From assembly GCA_964565945.1 (NCBI GenBank), contig CAZMGY010000021.1, forward strand, positions 1 to 32,000: 32,000 nucleotides of DNA, in the 5' to 3' direction. Below, one piece after another: positions 1 through 8,795 of the stretch. Source of the DNA: an uncultured bacterium (lineage in GTDB: Bacteria; GCA-001730085). The stretch's first letter is position 1. Every line of letters starts with the position of its first letter. The notes under the pieces were generated by a model, which searched no databases, had not been told where the DNA came from, and was given only the letters and a program-made list of their open reading frames with translations. The translations under genes and the position numbers were made by a program.

Positions 1-11
1 GAGGGGCTTTT

Positions 12-1457
12 TTATTGCTTCAGGGAGAGCTCTTTGGATAGTGACAAAGGTCGGTGTTGCGTATGCTTTGTTAAGGGGCTTCTGCTACCTTTGAGCTGAA
101 CTTGCCAAATAATGTCAGCAGGGAAGCGGTCAGGCGTTTGAATAAAATGAAGACTTTTGTTAAGTATACTGGCATGGCCTTGGTTGATTAAGGAAATAAA
201 TAATCCTTCGGGTGTTTGACAAGATATCGACTTCACATGCCTTTCGCTTCGATTGATAGTGAGAAGAACTTGATTAGATTTAAGATATTCGACAAGAAAA
301 AAAGGCTCATTTTGCACTCGAGGTTGAGCGATAGATTTTGTAAGGGGCTGCGTATGCGGTTTTGAAGGAGTGGGTGCCTCTAAGCTTGGATATCTGTCCG
401 CTTGTGTGAATTCGACGAGTGGTGGCATGGTGGGTAAGCCAATATCTGCAACAGACTTCTGGTTTTGATTCGAAACTTGTTCCAATTCGAGAATAGGTGA
501 CAACTCAAATGACGCCAAGGGGTCGCTCATCTTATTAGGCAATGGAGGAAGATCGGGGATGGCCACCTCTACTGGTGTGCTTTGTTGTTCTGTGCCAAGG
601 TAATTGGGAGCACTTAAAAAATCCTGAAGGCTTAGATCCACCACGGAAACAGAACCGATAAACGTATGCGTTTGAGTGCTGTGTTCGGCCTCAGCAAGTG
701 GATTGACCGTTGGTGATACTTGTAGCGCTTTTGTTGGGATTGCTTGAGTAGCTAGCGGAATGTCTTGTTCGGCTTGTTTGTCTTTATTCGCTTGTTCTTT
801 TTTGGCCTTAATTTTTTCTTGCAAAATGCGCTGTTCTTCTTGTTGTTTATGCTGCAGAAGTCTTTTTTGTGTTTGCTCTTTGTTGACTTTTAATATTGAA
901 AAAGCAAAGATGCACAGAACGATCGGAAAACTAATTAAAACATACTTCATGATTTTACGCAGCTTAGAATCTTGAGTGGCAACAAAGGCGTATGCGAAAG
1001 AGGTCAAAAAGAAAAAAAAGCAGTGAGAGAAGATCCAAAGGAGCATTTTTTGATTATCTTTGACATGAATCAAGGCATGGTAAACGGTTATAATGGGTAT
1101 GAGTCCTAAAAAAATAAACAAAGCAGTTCCTGATAACGTTACGATGACCATGTTCATACTTTCGAATTTACCTATGGTTTGCAAAATCATAACTCCGACT
1201 TGAAGTAAGATAAATATGCCTAAAATTTTGGTCATTAATTTGGTTTTTTCCAATAACTCTGGCGCAAAGTGATGTGCGTAAACAATTGGTGTGACTGGTG
1301 TTAAACAAAAGTTTAAAAGAATCCAGAGGTATTTGCGTGTACCAAAAAGTTCGCTATTGCGATACATATGGAACATGACTTTAAAGGAGTAACCCAACAT
1401 GAGTATGATGGAGACAAAAGAAAGCACCTCAATGATCATTAGAACGGTCATATTCAC
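12..1457 (-). CDS. hypothetical polytopic membrane protein with a long Pro/Gln/Ser-rich linker and a ~95-aa C-terminal domain
   Basis: 481-codon ORF. The N-terminal ~190 aa form about six hydrophobic helices. A Lys/Glu/Gln-rich stretch follows (KEQTQKRLLQHKQQEEQRILQEKIKAKKEQANKDKQAEQD), then ~150 aa of P/S/Q-rich low complexity. GTG start at 1457 lies 9 nt after GAGGA; ATG at 1451 is an alternative. No family recognised. Confidence 0.6.
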   Translation of the reverse strand: MNMTVLMIIEVLSFVSIILMLGYSFKVMFHMYRNSELFGTRKYLWILLNFCLTPVTPIVYAHHFAPELLEKTKLMTKILGIFILLQVGVMILQTIGKFESMNMVIVTLSGTALFIFLGLIPIITVYHALIHVKDNQKMLLWIFSHCFFFFLTSFAYAFVATQDSKLRKIMKYVLISFPIVLCIFAFSILKVNKEQTQKRLLQHKQQEEQRILQEKIKAKKEQANKDKQAEQDIPLATQAIPTKALQVSPTVNPLAEAEHSTQTHTFIGSVSVVDLSLQDFLSAPNYLGTEQQSTPVEVAIPDLPPLPNKMSDPLASFELSPILELEQVSNQNQKSVADIGLPTMPPLVEFTQADRYPSLEAPTPSKPHTQPLTKSIAQPRVQNEPFFLVEYLKSNQVLLTINRSERHVKSISCQTPEGLFISLINQGHASILNKSLHFIQTPDRFPADIIWQVQLKGSRSPLTKHTQHRPLSLSKELSLKQ

Positions 1458-1696
1458 AGATTAAAATCCTCATAAGACTCTGTTAATAGCACTTACCCTA
1501 AGGTTAGTTGCTAATGACACAAAAGTCAATACGGCGGCCTGTTCATTAAATGTATCGAAAGATCTTTAAAGCCCCCTTCAACAACACATTTCCCCGAAAG
1601 AAGGAACGACTTCGTGATAAAATAAACTCTACTGTAAAAGATAGTTACCTGCATCAAGCAGGTTCTGATAGAGAGATGTATTGAGGAGAGTAAAAA

Positions 1697-2464
1697 ATGT
1701 TGTTACAAGGGAAAAAGGGCGTTATTGTTGGAACCGCAAATAAACGAAGCATTGCTTGGGGAATCGCCCAAGCACTGCATAAGCAAGGGGCCGAGATTGC
1801 CCTGACTTGCCAAACCGAAAAACTTTTAGGTAAAGTTCAAGCTTTGACCGATGCCGAAATGCCCAACAGTTCCTTGTATGTCTGTGATGCCTGTGACAAT
1901 GCCCAGATTCAAGATGTGTTTCAACAGATTGGCCAAAAGTTTGGCTCAATTGACTTTTTGGTGCATTCCATTGCTTTTGCTAATAAAGAAGACTTGGATG
2001 GTGCTTTTGTGGACACTTCTCGCGAGGGTTTTAAATTATCGATGGATGTGAGTGCCTACACCCTGTCTTCGCTTACCAAAGCGGCGTTGCCTTTTATGTC
2101 AAAGGGGGGCTCTGTTGTGGCCTTAACCTATTTGGGAGCCGAGCGTGTGATTCCTGGATATAATATGATGGGGGTAGCTAAAGCGGCTTTGGAATGTTCG
2201 GTACGTTATTTGGCTTTCGACTTAGGTCCACAAAAAATTCGTGTCAATGCCATTTCGGCAGGTCCAGTAAACACTTTGGCCGCAAGAGGGCTTGCTAACT
2301 TCACCGATATGCTTAAAGCGGCGGCAAATCGTGCTCCTTTACGTGATAACACCACGATTGAAGAGGTTGGTGATACGGCTTTGTATTTGATTTCAGATTT
2401 GGGCCGTGGCGTGACTGGGGAATTGATCCATGTCGATAATGGTTTACATCTGTTAGCTCAATAA
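1697..2464 (+). CDS. fabI: enoyl-[acyl-carrier-protein] reductase (NADH), FabI
   Basis: 255 aa. The N-terminus LLQGKKGVIVGTANKRSIAWGIAQAL is typical of FabI-type SDR proteins. It also has the YxxMGxxKAALE catalytic segment (YNMMGVAKAALE) and SAGPVNTLAA. GAGGAG Shine-Dalgarno (SD) sequence at 1683-1688. Confidence 0.95.
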   Translation: MLLQGKKGVIVGTANKRSIAWGIAQALHKQGAEIALTCQTEKLLGKVQALTDAEMPNSSLYVCDACDNAQIQDVFQQIGQKFGSIDFLVHSIAFANKEDLDGAFVDTSREGFKLSMDVSAYTLSSLTKAALPFMSKGGSVVALTYLGAERVIPGYNMMGVAKAALECSVRYLAFDLGPQKIRVNAISAGPVNTLAARGLANFTDMLKAAANRAPLRDNTTIEEVGDTALYLISDLGRGVTGELIHVDNGLHLLAQ

Positions 2465-2834
2465 ATTGCTTTGACTTGTTACATAAAATAAGTTTTATTC
2501 GATTAAATTTATAATAATGTTCAAAATAATCGACTGAAAGGGTGACATCTATAATATTTTAGCAAGTAGGTGCTCTAGTCCGCAAATGCCTCGGCTAAGT
2601 CTCTAAAATCACCTTTAGAAGATCTTAAACAATCTTCTATGTTATTCTTCTTTTGTTAACCTAATATCCTTCGGGCAGAAATAGGTATCAAGGTTACATA
2701 CCATCACCGCCTACCACGGCTTTTTAAGCTAGTAATAATGAGAAAAAAACCGTTTTAAGCAGTCCAATCTATTATACGTCAGGCTTGGGGGAGTTTGAGA
2801 ATGCTTGCTTAACTAGGGGGCGACCAAAAAACAC

Positions 2835-2862
2835 TTGACCCTTCCAAAAAGTTTAGTATATT
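2835..2862 (+). promoter_or_regulatory. sigma70-type promoter of the cobalamin-riboswitch operon
   Basis: TTGACC (2835-2840), 16-nt spacer, TATATT (2857-2862). The predicted transcription start at ~2869 falls at the 5' edge of the riboswitch. Confidence 0.5.
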
Positions 2863-2868
2863 AGAATC

Positions 2869-3000
2869 CTAATGATCGTGCAGGTGTTTCAGGAAAAACG
2901 GTGCAAATCCGTTGCTATCCCCTTAGCTGTAAGCAAGCCAAAAAACTTGCAAGTCAGAATGCTGATTCACCACAGTTCTTAAGTTTTAGAATACTGTGTG
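2869..3000 (+). promoter_or_regulatory. cobalamin (B12) riboswitch, compact form
   Basis: The core AGGAAAAACGGTGCAAATCCGTTGCTATCCCCTTAGCTGTAAGC aligns with the conserved cobalamin-riboswitch core (AGGGAA..CxGGTGxAAATCCxG..GCTG..CCC..GxGTAAG). A short hairpin gcaag/cttgc follows, then the 3' conserved GTCAGAATGCTG (compare AGGAGACCTGCC / CGAAUGCC). A trailing hairpin cacagt...actgtg sits at 2971-2998. All downstream genes are B12-uptake types. Confidence 0.72.
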
Positions 3001-3037
3001 CCTTCGGGGATTGAGGACAAACGTCTTACATGTCTTT

Positions 3038-3090
3038 TGACTCTCTTAATTATTTGAATATTTAGAAATAACTTTCGATTTCAGGAGTCA
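3038..3090 (+). promoter_or_regulatory. putative SD-sequestering helix (riboswitch expression platform)
   Basis: tgactc (3038-3043) is perfectly complementary to gagtca (3085-3090), which overlaps the AGGAG SD (3083-3087) of the first gene. An inner ttattt/aaataa pairing extends the helix. No intrinsic terminator lies between the aptamer and the ATG at 3093. Confidence 0.4.
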
Positions 3091-3092
3091 CT

Positions 3093-5063
3093 ATGTCCTT
3101 GGTCTTGCTTAAAACGATTACCGGTCTTCTTATAGGTCTCCTTCTATCCTCACATAGCTCTTTAGAATGTCTTGCACCTTCATCACAAGCCAAACACATC
3201 ACACTCTCTCAAAAATTGGGACGCCAAGTTTGTTCGACACCAGCCAAAGGCTACCCCAAAGCCCAACATAAAGCTTCAAACTCCTCATTAAACCAAATAC
3301 AGCCTTGGTGGATCATTCTGTTCAAACCTTTTAAGTTAGATACTTTTTTTTCACCCGCATTTCCAACATTAATGATGGAACAATTCGCCTCCCTTGGGTC
3401 CGATTGGAGAAAGTTCGTTCAAGATCAAAAAAAACTAATGTGGAAAGCCCGAGTGATCAACTTTTTCATGGGAGCCTTCTCCTTTGTGACAATCTTCTTC
3501 CTCATGCTTTTTATTATTACCGAAGGACTAACTCTCCTTGTAGCCGTAATTTGGCTTGGAGGACTTTTCGGTCTCGTGATTGTTAAAGTTTTCTTTGAAA
3601 AACTAAACCAAAAACTGTTCGAAGATTTCTCTTTTCGCTTCCAACAACTTCTTCTTAAAGAAAAAATCGCTTACGAGCAATCACGCATGGCCAACCCCAA
3701 CGTTCTTAACGCCCTAAGAAACGCAGAAATATGGAGACTCCCTTTTTGGGAAAGCGCTCAAATGCGAGTGGTCGATACCGTTGTATCCTTCTTAGCTGTT
3801 GTTATTGCGATTAGTATTTCTAATCCACTTTTTCTAATTATCTTTATTCCACTCTTTCTGATTATGCTAAGACTCTTGGGCGAATGGGGTGAAAACAAAA
3901 ACAACAGCAAAGAAGCCTATATGAATGCTCGATTCAGCTTAGAAAATGCGAATCGACTCAATCAGTATTTGGGCCTTTCGGAAAACACAAAAGACATTAC
4001 ACCACAGATCATCCGTGAGCATCAAAAATATCTCAACACCAAAAGCAAGTTCGAATATTTTTTGAGATTGATGATTCTTTTTCTACTTCCTTTAGTCGGT
4101 GTTATTCTTGTCTTTGCGTTTGGCTTTACCTCCGCCCCTCTCTTGCTTTATATCGTCTCTATTAATTTTTATGGCATCTTTCAACTTCTTGATTTTATCA
4201 CCGTTGCCCACAATGGTATGATCACTCGCAATCACATTGAATCCTTTAGTCACGAAGTCTCACACCACCCCCTCATTATCAATCAAAGTTCCTGGCCCGA
4301 TCCCGTTTACAAACAACGACTCAAATATCAACACTCATTCGATAAAAACCGAGTCAAATCTCTCGAACTCAATCTTAAATATTTCTACGAAAAGTTTCGC
4401 AAAACCAAGAGTTCTGTTCACAACAAAACTCTCCATCTCCAAAATATTCATATCACCTCAAGACGCAAACAAGTCATCGCGTTTATTGGCAAGAGCGGTT
4501 CTGGAAAAACAACTCTTCTCCAATTGATGGCCTCCCTGCTCTCTCTCAACTCTCTTAAAATAAAAGTAGGACCTCACACCTATAAGTCGCGTGGCCGGCT
4601 CACCCTTCACTATAAAGATAAAGATTCTTTTGCCCTAACACCGGCGTCCATCCGTTACCAGGATCTTCGCAAATTGATTCGCTATGTTTCCTTAGATAAC
4701 TTTCAATACTTCAAAACGCTTCCACCACTTTCTCCTCGCATAAAAAAACGCTATTCCTGTTACAAAAAAAAGCTTATTCCCGCAGGAGACCCCGAAGAAG
4801 GAACAGCATCATCGGGAGAATTGGTTCGCATTCAATTGGCACTCATTTTAGCAACCAACACCAGCCCTTTCCTCATGCTCGACCAACCCCTACAAAGCTT
4901 AGACGAGGACTCTCAAGTCCTTGTATTAAAAACTCTCAAACAATACGCAAAAAAAAAGAATGTCTCGATTGTGATTGCCTCTCCCGAATTACTACAACAT
5001 TCAAAAAAACTCAAATGGCTCGATCATACGGTATCCCTTGATAAAATTAAGAGATCCACCTAA
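3093..5063 (+). CDS. ABC half-transporter (six-TM exporter-type membrane domain fused to a degenerate nucleotide-binding domain)
   Basis: 656 aa. It has a signal-like N-terminus, three pairs of TM helices (aa ~115-400), and Walker A GKSGSGKTT (nt 4488-4511). The other nucleotide-binding-domain (NBD) motifs are altered: the signature is SSGEL instead of LSGGQ, Walker B is FLMLDQ (Glu to Gln, nt 4881-4886), the Q-loop is YVSLD (Gln to Leu), and the H-loop is IVIASPE (His to Ser). AGGAG SD lies 6 nt upstream of the ATG. Confidence 0.8.
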   Translation: MSLVLLKTITGLLIGLLLSSHSSLECLAPSSQAKHITLSQKLGRQVCSTPAKGYPKAQHKASNSSLNQIQPWWIILFKPFKLDTFFSPAFPTLMMEQFASLGSDWRKFVQDQKKLMWKARVINFFMGAFSFVTIFFLMLFIITEGLTLLVAVIWLGGLFGLVIVKVFFEKLNQKLFEDFSFRFQQLLLKEKIAYEQSRMANPNVLNALRNAEIWRLPFWESAQMRVVDTVVSFLAVVIAISISNPLFLIIFIPLFLIMLRLLGEWGENKNNSKEAYMNARFSLENANRLNQYLGLSENTKDITPQIIREHQKYLNTKSKFEYFLRLMILFLLPLVGVILVFAFGFTSAPLLLYIVSINFYGIFQLLDFITVAHNGMITRNHIESFSHEVSHHPLIINQSSWPDPVYKQRLKYQHSFDKNRVKSLELNLKYFYEKFRKTKSSVHNKTLHLQNIHITSRRKQVIAFIGKSGSGKTTLLQLMASLLSLNSLKIKVGPHTYKSRGRLTLHYKDKDSFALTPASIRYQDLRKLIRYVSLDNFQYFKTLPPLSPRIKKRYSCYKKKLIPAGDPEEGTASSGELVRIQLALILATNTSPFLMLDQPLQSLDEDSQVLVLKTLKQYAKKKNVSIVIASPELLQHSKKLKWLDHTVSLDKIKRST

Positions 5064-7018
5064 TGCGCTGTTTCTTGGCTTTATTCTTACTAACAGTAAG
5101 TCTTCCCTTATGGGCTCAAAATCGCGTCGCTCAACTGCCCGAAGTATTGGTAAGTGCATCACGCATTCCTAAAGACACTTTTGATGTCGCGCGCTACACC
5201 AGCAACTACAGCACCATAAGTAGCGAAGAAATCAAACGATCCGGAAAGAACACTATCACCGAAGTCTTGCAAAACGCAGCAGGAATCACTGTACAAGACA
5301 CTAGTGGATTTGCGTTAGGCAACGGTCTTGGCCCCGTGGTGAATTTTCGTGGCGTCGGAGGGTTTTCTAAATCAAGTACCCTTGTTCTTCTTAATGGTGT
5401 TAAGCTTAATCAAATGGCTGATAATGCGGTATTTTGGCGTGCTATTCCTGTTCAAGATATCGAACGCATCGAAATTCTTAAAGGTGGCAGTTCAGGAATT
5501 ATCTATGGTGAAGGGGCCCTTTCTGGAGTGATTCATATTATCACCAAAAAATTCAGCAAAGAACCTTCCTTTACTCTATCCAAAGTGATAGGCAGCTTTA
5601 AACAACAAGAACATTCTCTTAGCTATTCACAAACATATGATAATCTAGCCGTAAGAGGCTATCTATCGCAAGATAAGCTAGGGGGTTATCGTGGCCACAG
5701 CAATCATCACGGCAAGCGTGCATCGGTTCATCTCGATTATGCTATCAACGACAATACATCACTGAACACCTATGCGCTCAGCTATGAATCATCCACCGAA
5801 TTTTCCGATGCCCTAACGCCTCAAGAAATTGAACAAGACCGTCGCCAAGAAAAAAATCCTGGCAAATATCATAATCGCATCGTTCAAGTGCAAAGTACTC
5901 TCACGCACCACCTTTCAAACAACTCTCGCATCGACAACGCCCTTTACCTACGCAAAAAGGGCAATGATTCCAAATGGTTTAATTCTCCACGCACCATTGA
6001 CCAATCAGGCAGGGGCTGGCAAGGAACTTATTCGCTTCATAACATAGGGCCCGCAAAAGGCTCTCTAACGGCTGGTACCTCGATAGACTTTGACCAACTT
6101 GATGACCAAAGCCCTTTTTCTGAACATGAAAGTGCCCTTTCCAAGTACTCTTTATTCGCTCGCTACAACTTTAAACCCAAACCTCAATTCGTGTTCGAAT
6201 CTGGACTACGTTTTGATCGAGCTGTCTATGATAGCGACCTTAAGGGCTTCACATCTTTTCGCGGCAAACTTAACTATCACGGCTTCACATCAAGCTTAGG
6301 TGTTAAGATCCATTCATCGTCTCGCACAACATGGTTTGCCAATATCGGACAAGCCTTCAAAATCCCGCCTCCCTTTGCTGTTATTTCCACCAACATCAAT
6401 CAAGGCAAAAGTAACTTTAATCTTGATCCTGAAAAGGCGATTCACTTCGAAATGGGCATTAGCGCTCAACCTCATCCGAAGCTCAACCTAAAAGCCTCGA
6501 TGTATGCCCTCAACATCAACGACGAAATTTTCTTTGATAGCATTAGCTTTAAGAACAAAAACTTCGACACCCACCGTCATGGTTTTGAATGTGAAACAGC
6601 CTTTCAAGTGACACCTCAACTCAAGCTTGGACTCAACTCTAATATAAGCACATCAAAATTTAGAAATGGAGACTACAGTGAAAATCCCTTGCCTCTTAAT
6701 CCTAAGCACACTCACTCGCTTTATGCGCACTACCAAATCAATAAGCGTTGGAACGTTCATTTAGACTCGTTATTTGTCTACGATCAAATTCGTGGCAATG
6801 ATTTTCAAGGTCGTCTTAAGGTCGATGATTATCATGTTTTGAACCTCAAACTTGGTTACACGAATAAAGATTTTACATTCTTTATTCGTTTGAATAATCT
6901 TCTTAACGAAAAATATTCGACATCACAAGGTAGCAACGGAGTCACCATCGTTGACAAAAACACCGAAAACCCTATGCCAGCTTTTGGTATCATAGCTGGA
7001 TTGAAGTATACTTTTTAG
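5063..7018 (+). CDS. btuB: TonB-dependent outer-membrane receptor, BtuB-like
   Basis: 651 aa. Signal peptide MRCFLALFLLTVSLPLWA. TonB-box/plug start LPEVLVSASR. Plug motifs (ITVQD, FRGVGG, VLLNGVKLN, IERIEILKGGSSGIYGEGALSGVIHIITK). C-terminal beta-barrel ends in aromatic ...GLKYTF. The start overlaps the upstream stop (TAATG). Lies behind a B12 riboswitch. Confidence 0.88.
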   Translation: MRCFLALFLLTVSLPLWAQNRVAQLPEVLVSASRIPKDTFDVARYTSNYSTISSEEIKRSGKNTITEVLQNAAGITVQDTSGFALGNGLGPVVNFRGVGGFSKSSTLVLLNGVKLNQMADNAVFWRAIPVQDIERIEILKGGSSGIIYGEGALSGVIHIITKKFSKEPSFTLSKVIGSFKQQEHSLSYSQTYDNLAVRGYLSQDKLGGYRGHSNHHGKRASVHLDYAINDNTSLNTYALSYESSTEFSDALTPQEIEQDRRQEKNPGKYHNRIVQVQSTLTHHLSNNSRIDNALYLRKKGNDSKWFNSPRTIDQSGRGWQGTYSLHNIGPAKGSLTAGTSIDFDQLDDQSPFSEHESALSKYSLFARYNFKPKPQFVFESGLRFDRAVYDSDLKGFTSFRGKLNYHGFTSSLGVKIHSSSRTTWFANIGQAFKIPPPFAVISTNINQGKSNFNLDPEKAIHFEMGISAQPHPKLNLKASMYALNINDEIFFDSISFKNKNFDTHRHGFECETAFQVTPQLKLGLNSNISTSKFRNGDYSENPLPLNPKHTHSLYAHYQINKRWNVHLDSLFVYDQIRGNDFQGRLKVDDYHVLNLKLGYTNKDFTFFIRLNNLLNEKYSTSQGSNGVTIVDKNTENPMPAFGIIAGLKYTF

Positions 7019-7019
7019 C

Positions 7020-7856
7020 ATGAAACGAATACTTCTAATTCTTTTTATCTTACTGCTTCCCCTGGTCTTGCAAGCCAAAGTCTCTCATCGCATTGTTTCT
7101 TTAGCACCTTCAGTTACGCAAGCGCTTATTGAATTAAATCTCGAACATCAAGTTGTGGGTATCACAGAACATTGTCCAAAGCCAAACATTCAAGCCGTTC
7201 TCATCGGGAATGCCTTCGCACTTAACGTCGAAGTTCTTTTGCAACTTAATCCAGATGTGGTGGTGGGCATCGAAAACTTCAACTCTCCTAAACACAAACA
7301 ACGTCTACGGGCCTTGGGTTGCAATGTTATTTACCTTCCAGAAAGTCGTTCTTGGGACAACCTTGAATCATCCTTTGTGCAACTCGCCACACTCTTTAAT
7401 AAAGAAGCCCTCGCACATAGCCAACTGCGCAAACATCGTGCAACCCTAGCCCATATAAGCCAACAAATCAACACCTTTACAAATAACAGTTACTTTTTAC
7501 AGATCTCAACCAAACCACTCATGAGCATTGGAACACAGTCTTATCTCACGGAATTACTCAATCGACTGCGCATGACAAATATTTTTGATACAGTTGATCA
7601 ACATCACTTCCAAACTCATCAAGAATCTGTCATAGAACACTTGCCACAATGGGTTATCGATATATCTCTGCAAAACAACCTCTCTTCTTTAAAAAAACAA
7701 TGGCATAACCTTAGCAAGATCTCGTCTTCTGTGAACTATCTCGTTTTAACAGACAAGTATCTATCCTTGCCAACACCTCGTTCTTATATAATGGCTTTAA
7801 ACGCTTTTCGGACACATCTCAAGAGAGGGATACCGCATGTCGCGCAGGCAAACTAA
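7020..7856 (+). CDS. btuF: periplasmic substrate-binding protein, BtuF/FecB-like (class III)
   Basis: 278 aa. Signal peptide, then RIVSLAPSVTQALIELNLEHQVVGITEHC, which is typical of BtuF-type binding proteins. The ATG lies 1 nt after the btuB stop. Confidence 0.8.
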   Translation: MKRILLILFILLLPLVLQAKVSHRIVSLAPSVTQALIELNLEHQVVGITEHCPKPNIQAVLIGNAFALNVEVLLQLNPDVVVGIENFNSPKHKQRLRALGCNVIYLPESRSWDNLESSFVQLATLFNKEALAHSQLRKHRATLAHISQQINTFTNNSYFLQISTKPLMSIGTQSYLTELLNRLRMTNIFDTVDQHHFQTHQESVIEHLPQWVIDISLQNNLSSLKKQWHNLSKISSSVNYLVLTDKYLSLPTPRSYIMALNAFRTHLKRGIPHVAQAN

Positions 7857-8793
7857 TATTCTTATCCTAGGAGTCCTCTGTTTGGTAGTGGCATTGGGAG
7901 CATCTCTTTATGATCTTATCCTTCCAACAACATCATCAACTGCCACACGTGTGACACTTTTGCTTCACCTTCGTATCCCTCAAGTTATGGCTGCATGTCT
8001 AATTGGAGCTGGCTTAGCTCTTAGTGGAACACTCATTCAAACCATTTTGAAAAATCCCTTAGCTGAACCATTCACTTTAGGCATCTCTGGATCAGCAGCA
8101 CTCGGTATTAGCTTAGGGTTTTTGTTCTCACTATCACTTGTCGCCATACATGCTTTGGGCATACTCTTCTGTTTGATCACCTTAGTGATCCTGAGTTGTT
8201 TGAGCCAACGGCACAAAGCCTCCACATTAATTTTAGGAGGCATTATGCTTAACTTTTTCTTCTCTTCATCGGTCATGCTCATCTTCGCCTTCTCTTCTCC
8301 AGAACAACTCAAACATATGATACTCTGGCTTATGGGCGATTTAAGTTTCTTGCCATGGATTCCTCTAACACTCCTTGCATTCACATTGGGACTGATGAGC
8401 TTCCTTAGCCTCGTGAATCATCGCTCATTCGACCTCTTAAGCTTTGGTGGCAACTATGCACGTCAAATGGGGGTTCCTGTTTCACTCTTAACATGGCTAA
8501 CGCTTGTAGGTGTTAGCCTCATCACAAGTATATCGGTTGTTTACTGCGGCTTGATCAGCTTTGTAGGCTTGATGATCCCGCACTTTCTTAAACGAACAGG
8601 CGGCCCGCACCATCGCTTTCTTTTATGGGGAAGCCTCATCTGGGGATCTACATTTCTTCTTATATGTGACACCTTAGCACGCACGCTGATTGCACCTATG
8701 ATTATTCCCATTGGTGTTATTACAGGTTTCATTGGAGGCGCTAGCCTTCTTTTTCTATTAAGCTATCAGCGCCGTGGATGGGAGGGAATGTAA
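7837..8793 (+). CDS. btuC: ABC importer permease, FecCD/BtuC family
   Basis: 318 aa. About nine or ten TM helices. FecCD-type motifs (LKNPLAEPFTLGISGSAALG, ...GLISFVGLMIPHFLKR..., PIGVITGFIGGASLLFLL). Overlaps btuF by 20 nt. Confidence 0.9.
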   Translation: MSRRQTNILILGVLCLVVALGASLYDLILPTTSSTATRVTLLLHLRIPQVMAACLIGAGLALSGTLIQTILKNPLAEPFTLGISGSAALGISLGFLFSLSLVAIHALGILFCLITLVILSCLSQRHKASTLILGGIMLNFFFSSSVMLIFAFSSPEQLKHMILWLMGDLSFLPWIPLTLLAFTLGLMSFLSLVNHRSFDLLSFGGNYARQMGVPVSLLTWLTLVGVSLITSISVVYCGLISFVGLMIPHFLKRTGGPHHRFLLWGSLIWGSTFLLICDTLARTLIAPMIIPIGVITGFIGGASLLFLLSYQRRGWEGM

Positions 8794-8795
8794 AC

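Noticed and set aside
12-300. PilZ-like c-di-GMP-binding domain in the C-terminus of the 481-aa membrane protein (NRSERH... LINQGHAS)
   Set aside because: The spacing is RxxR, not RxxxR, and there is no D/NxSxxG motif. The resemblance is superficial.
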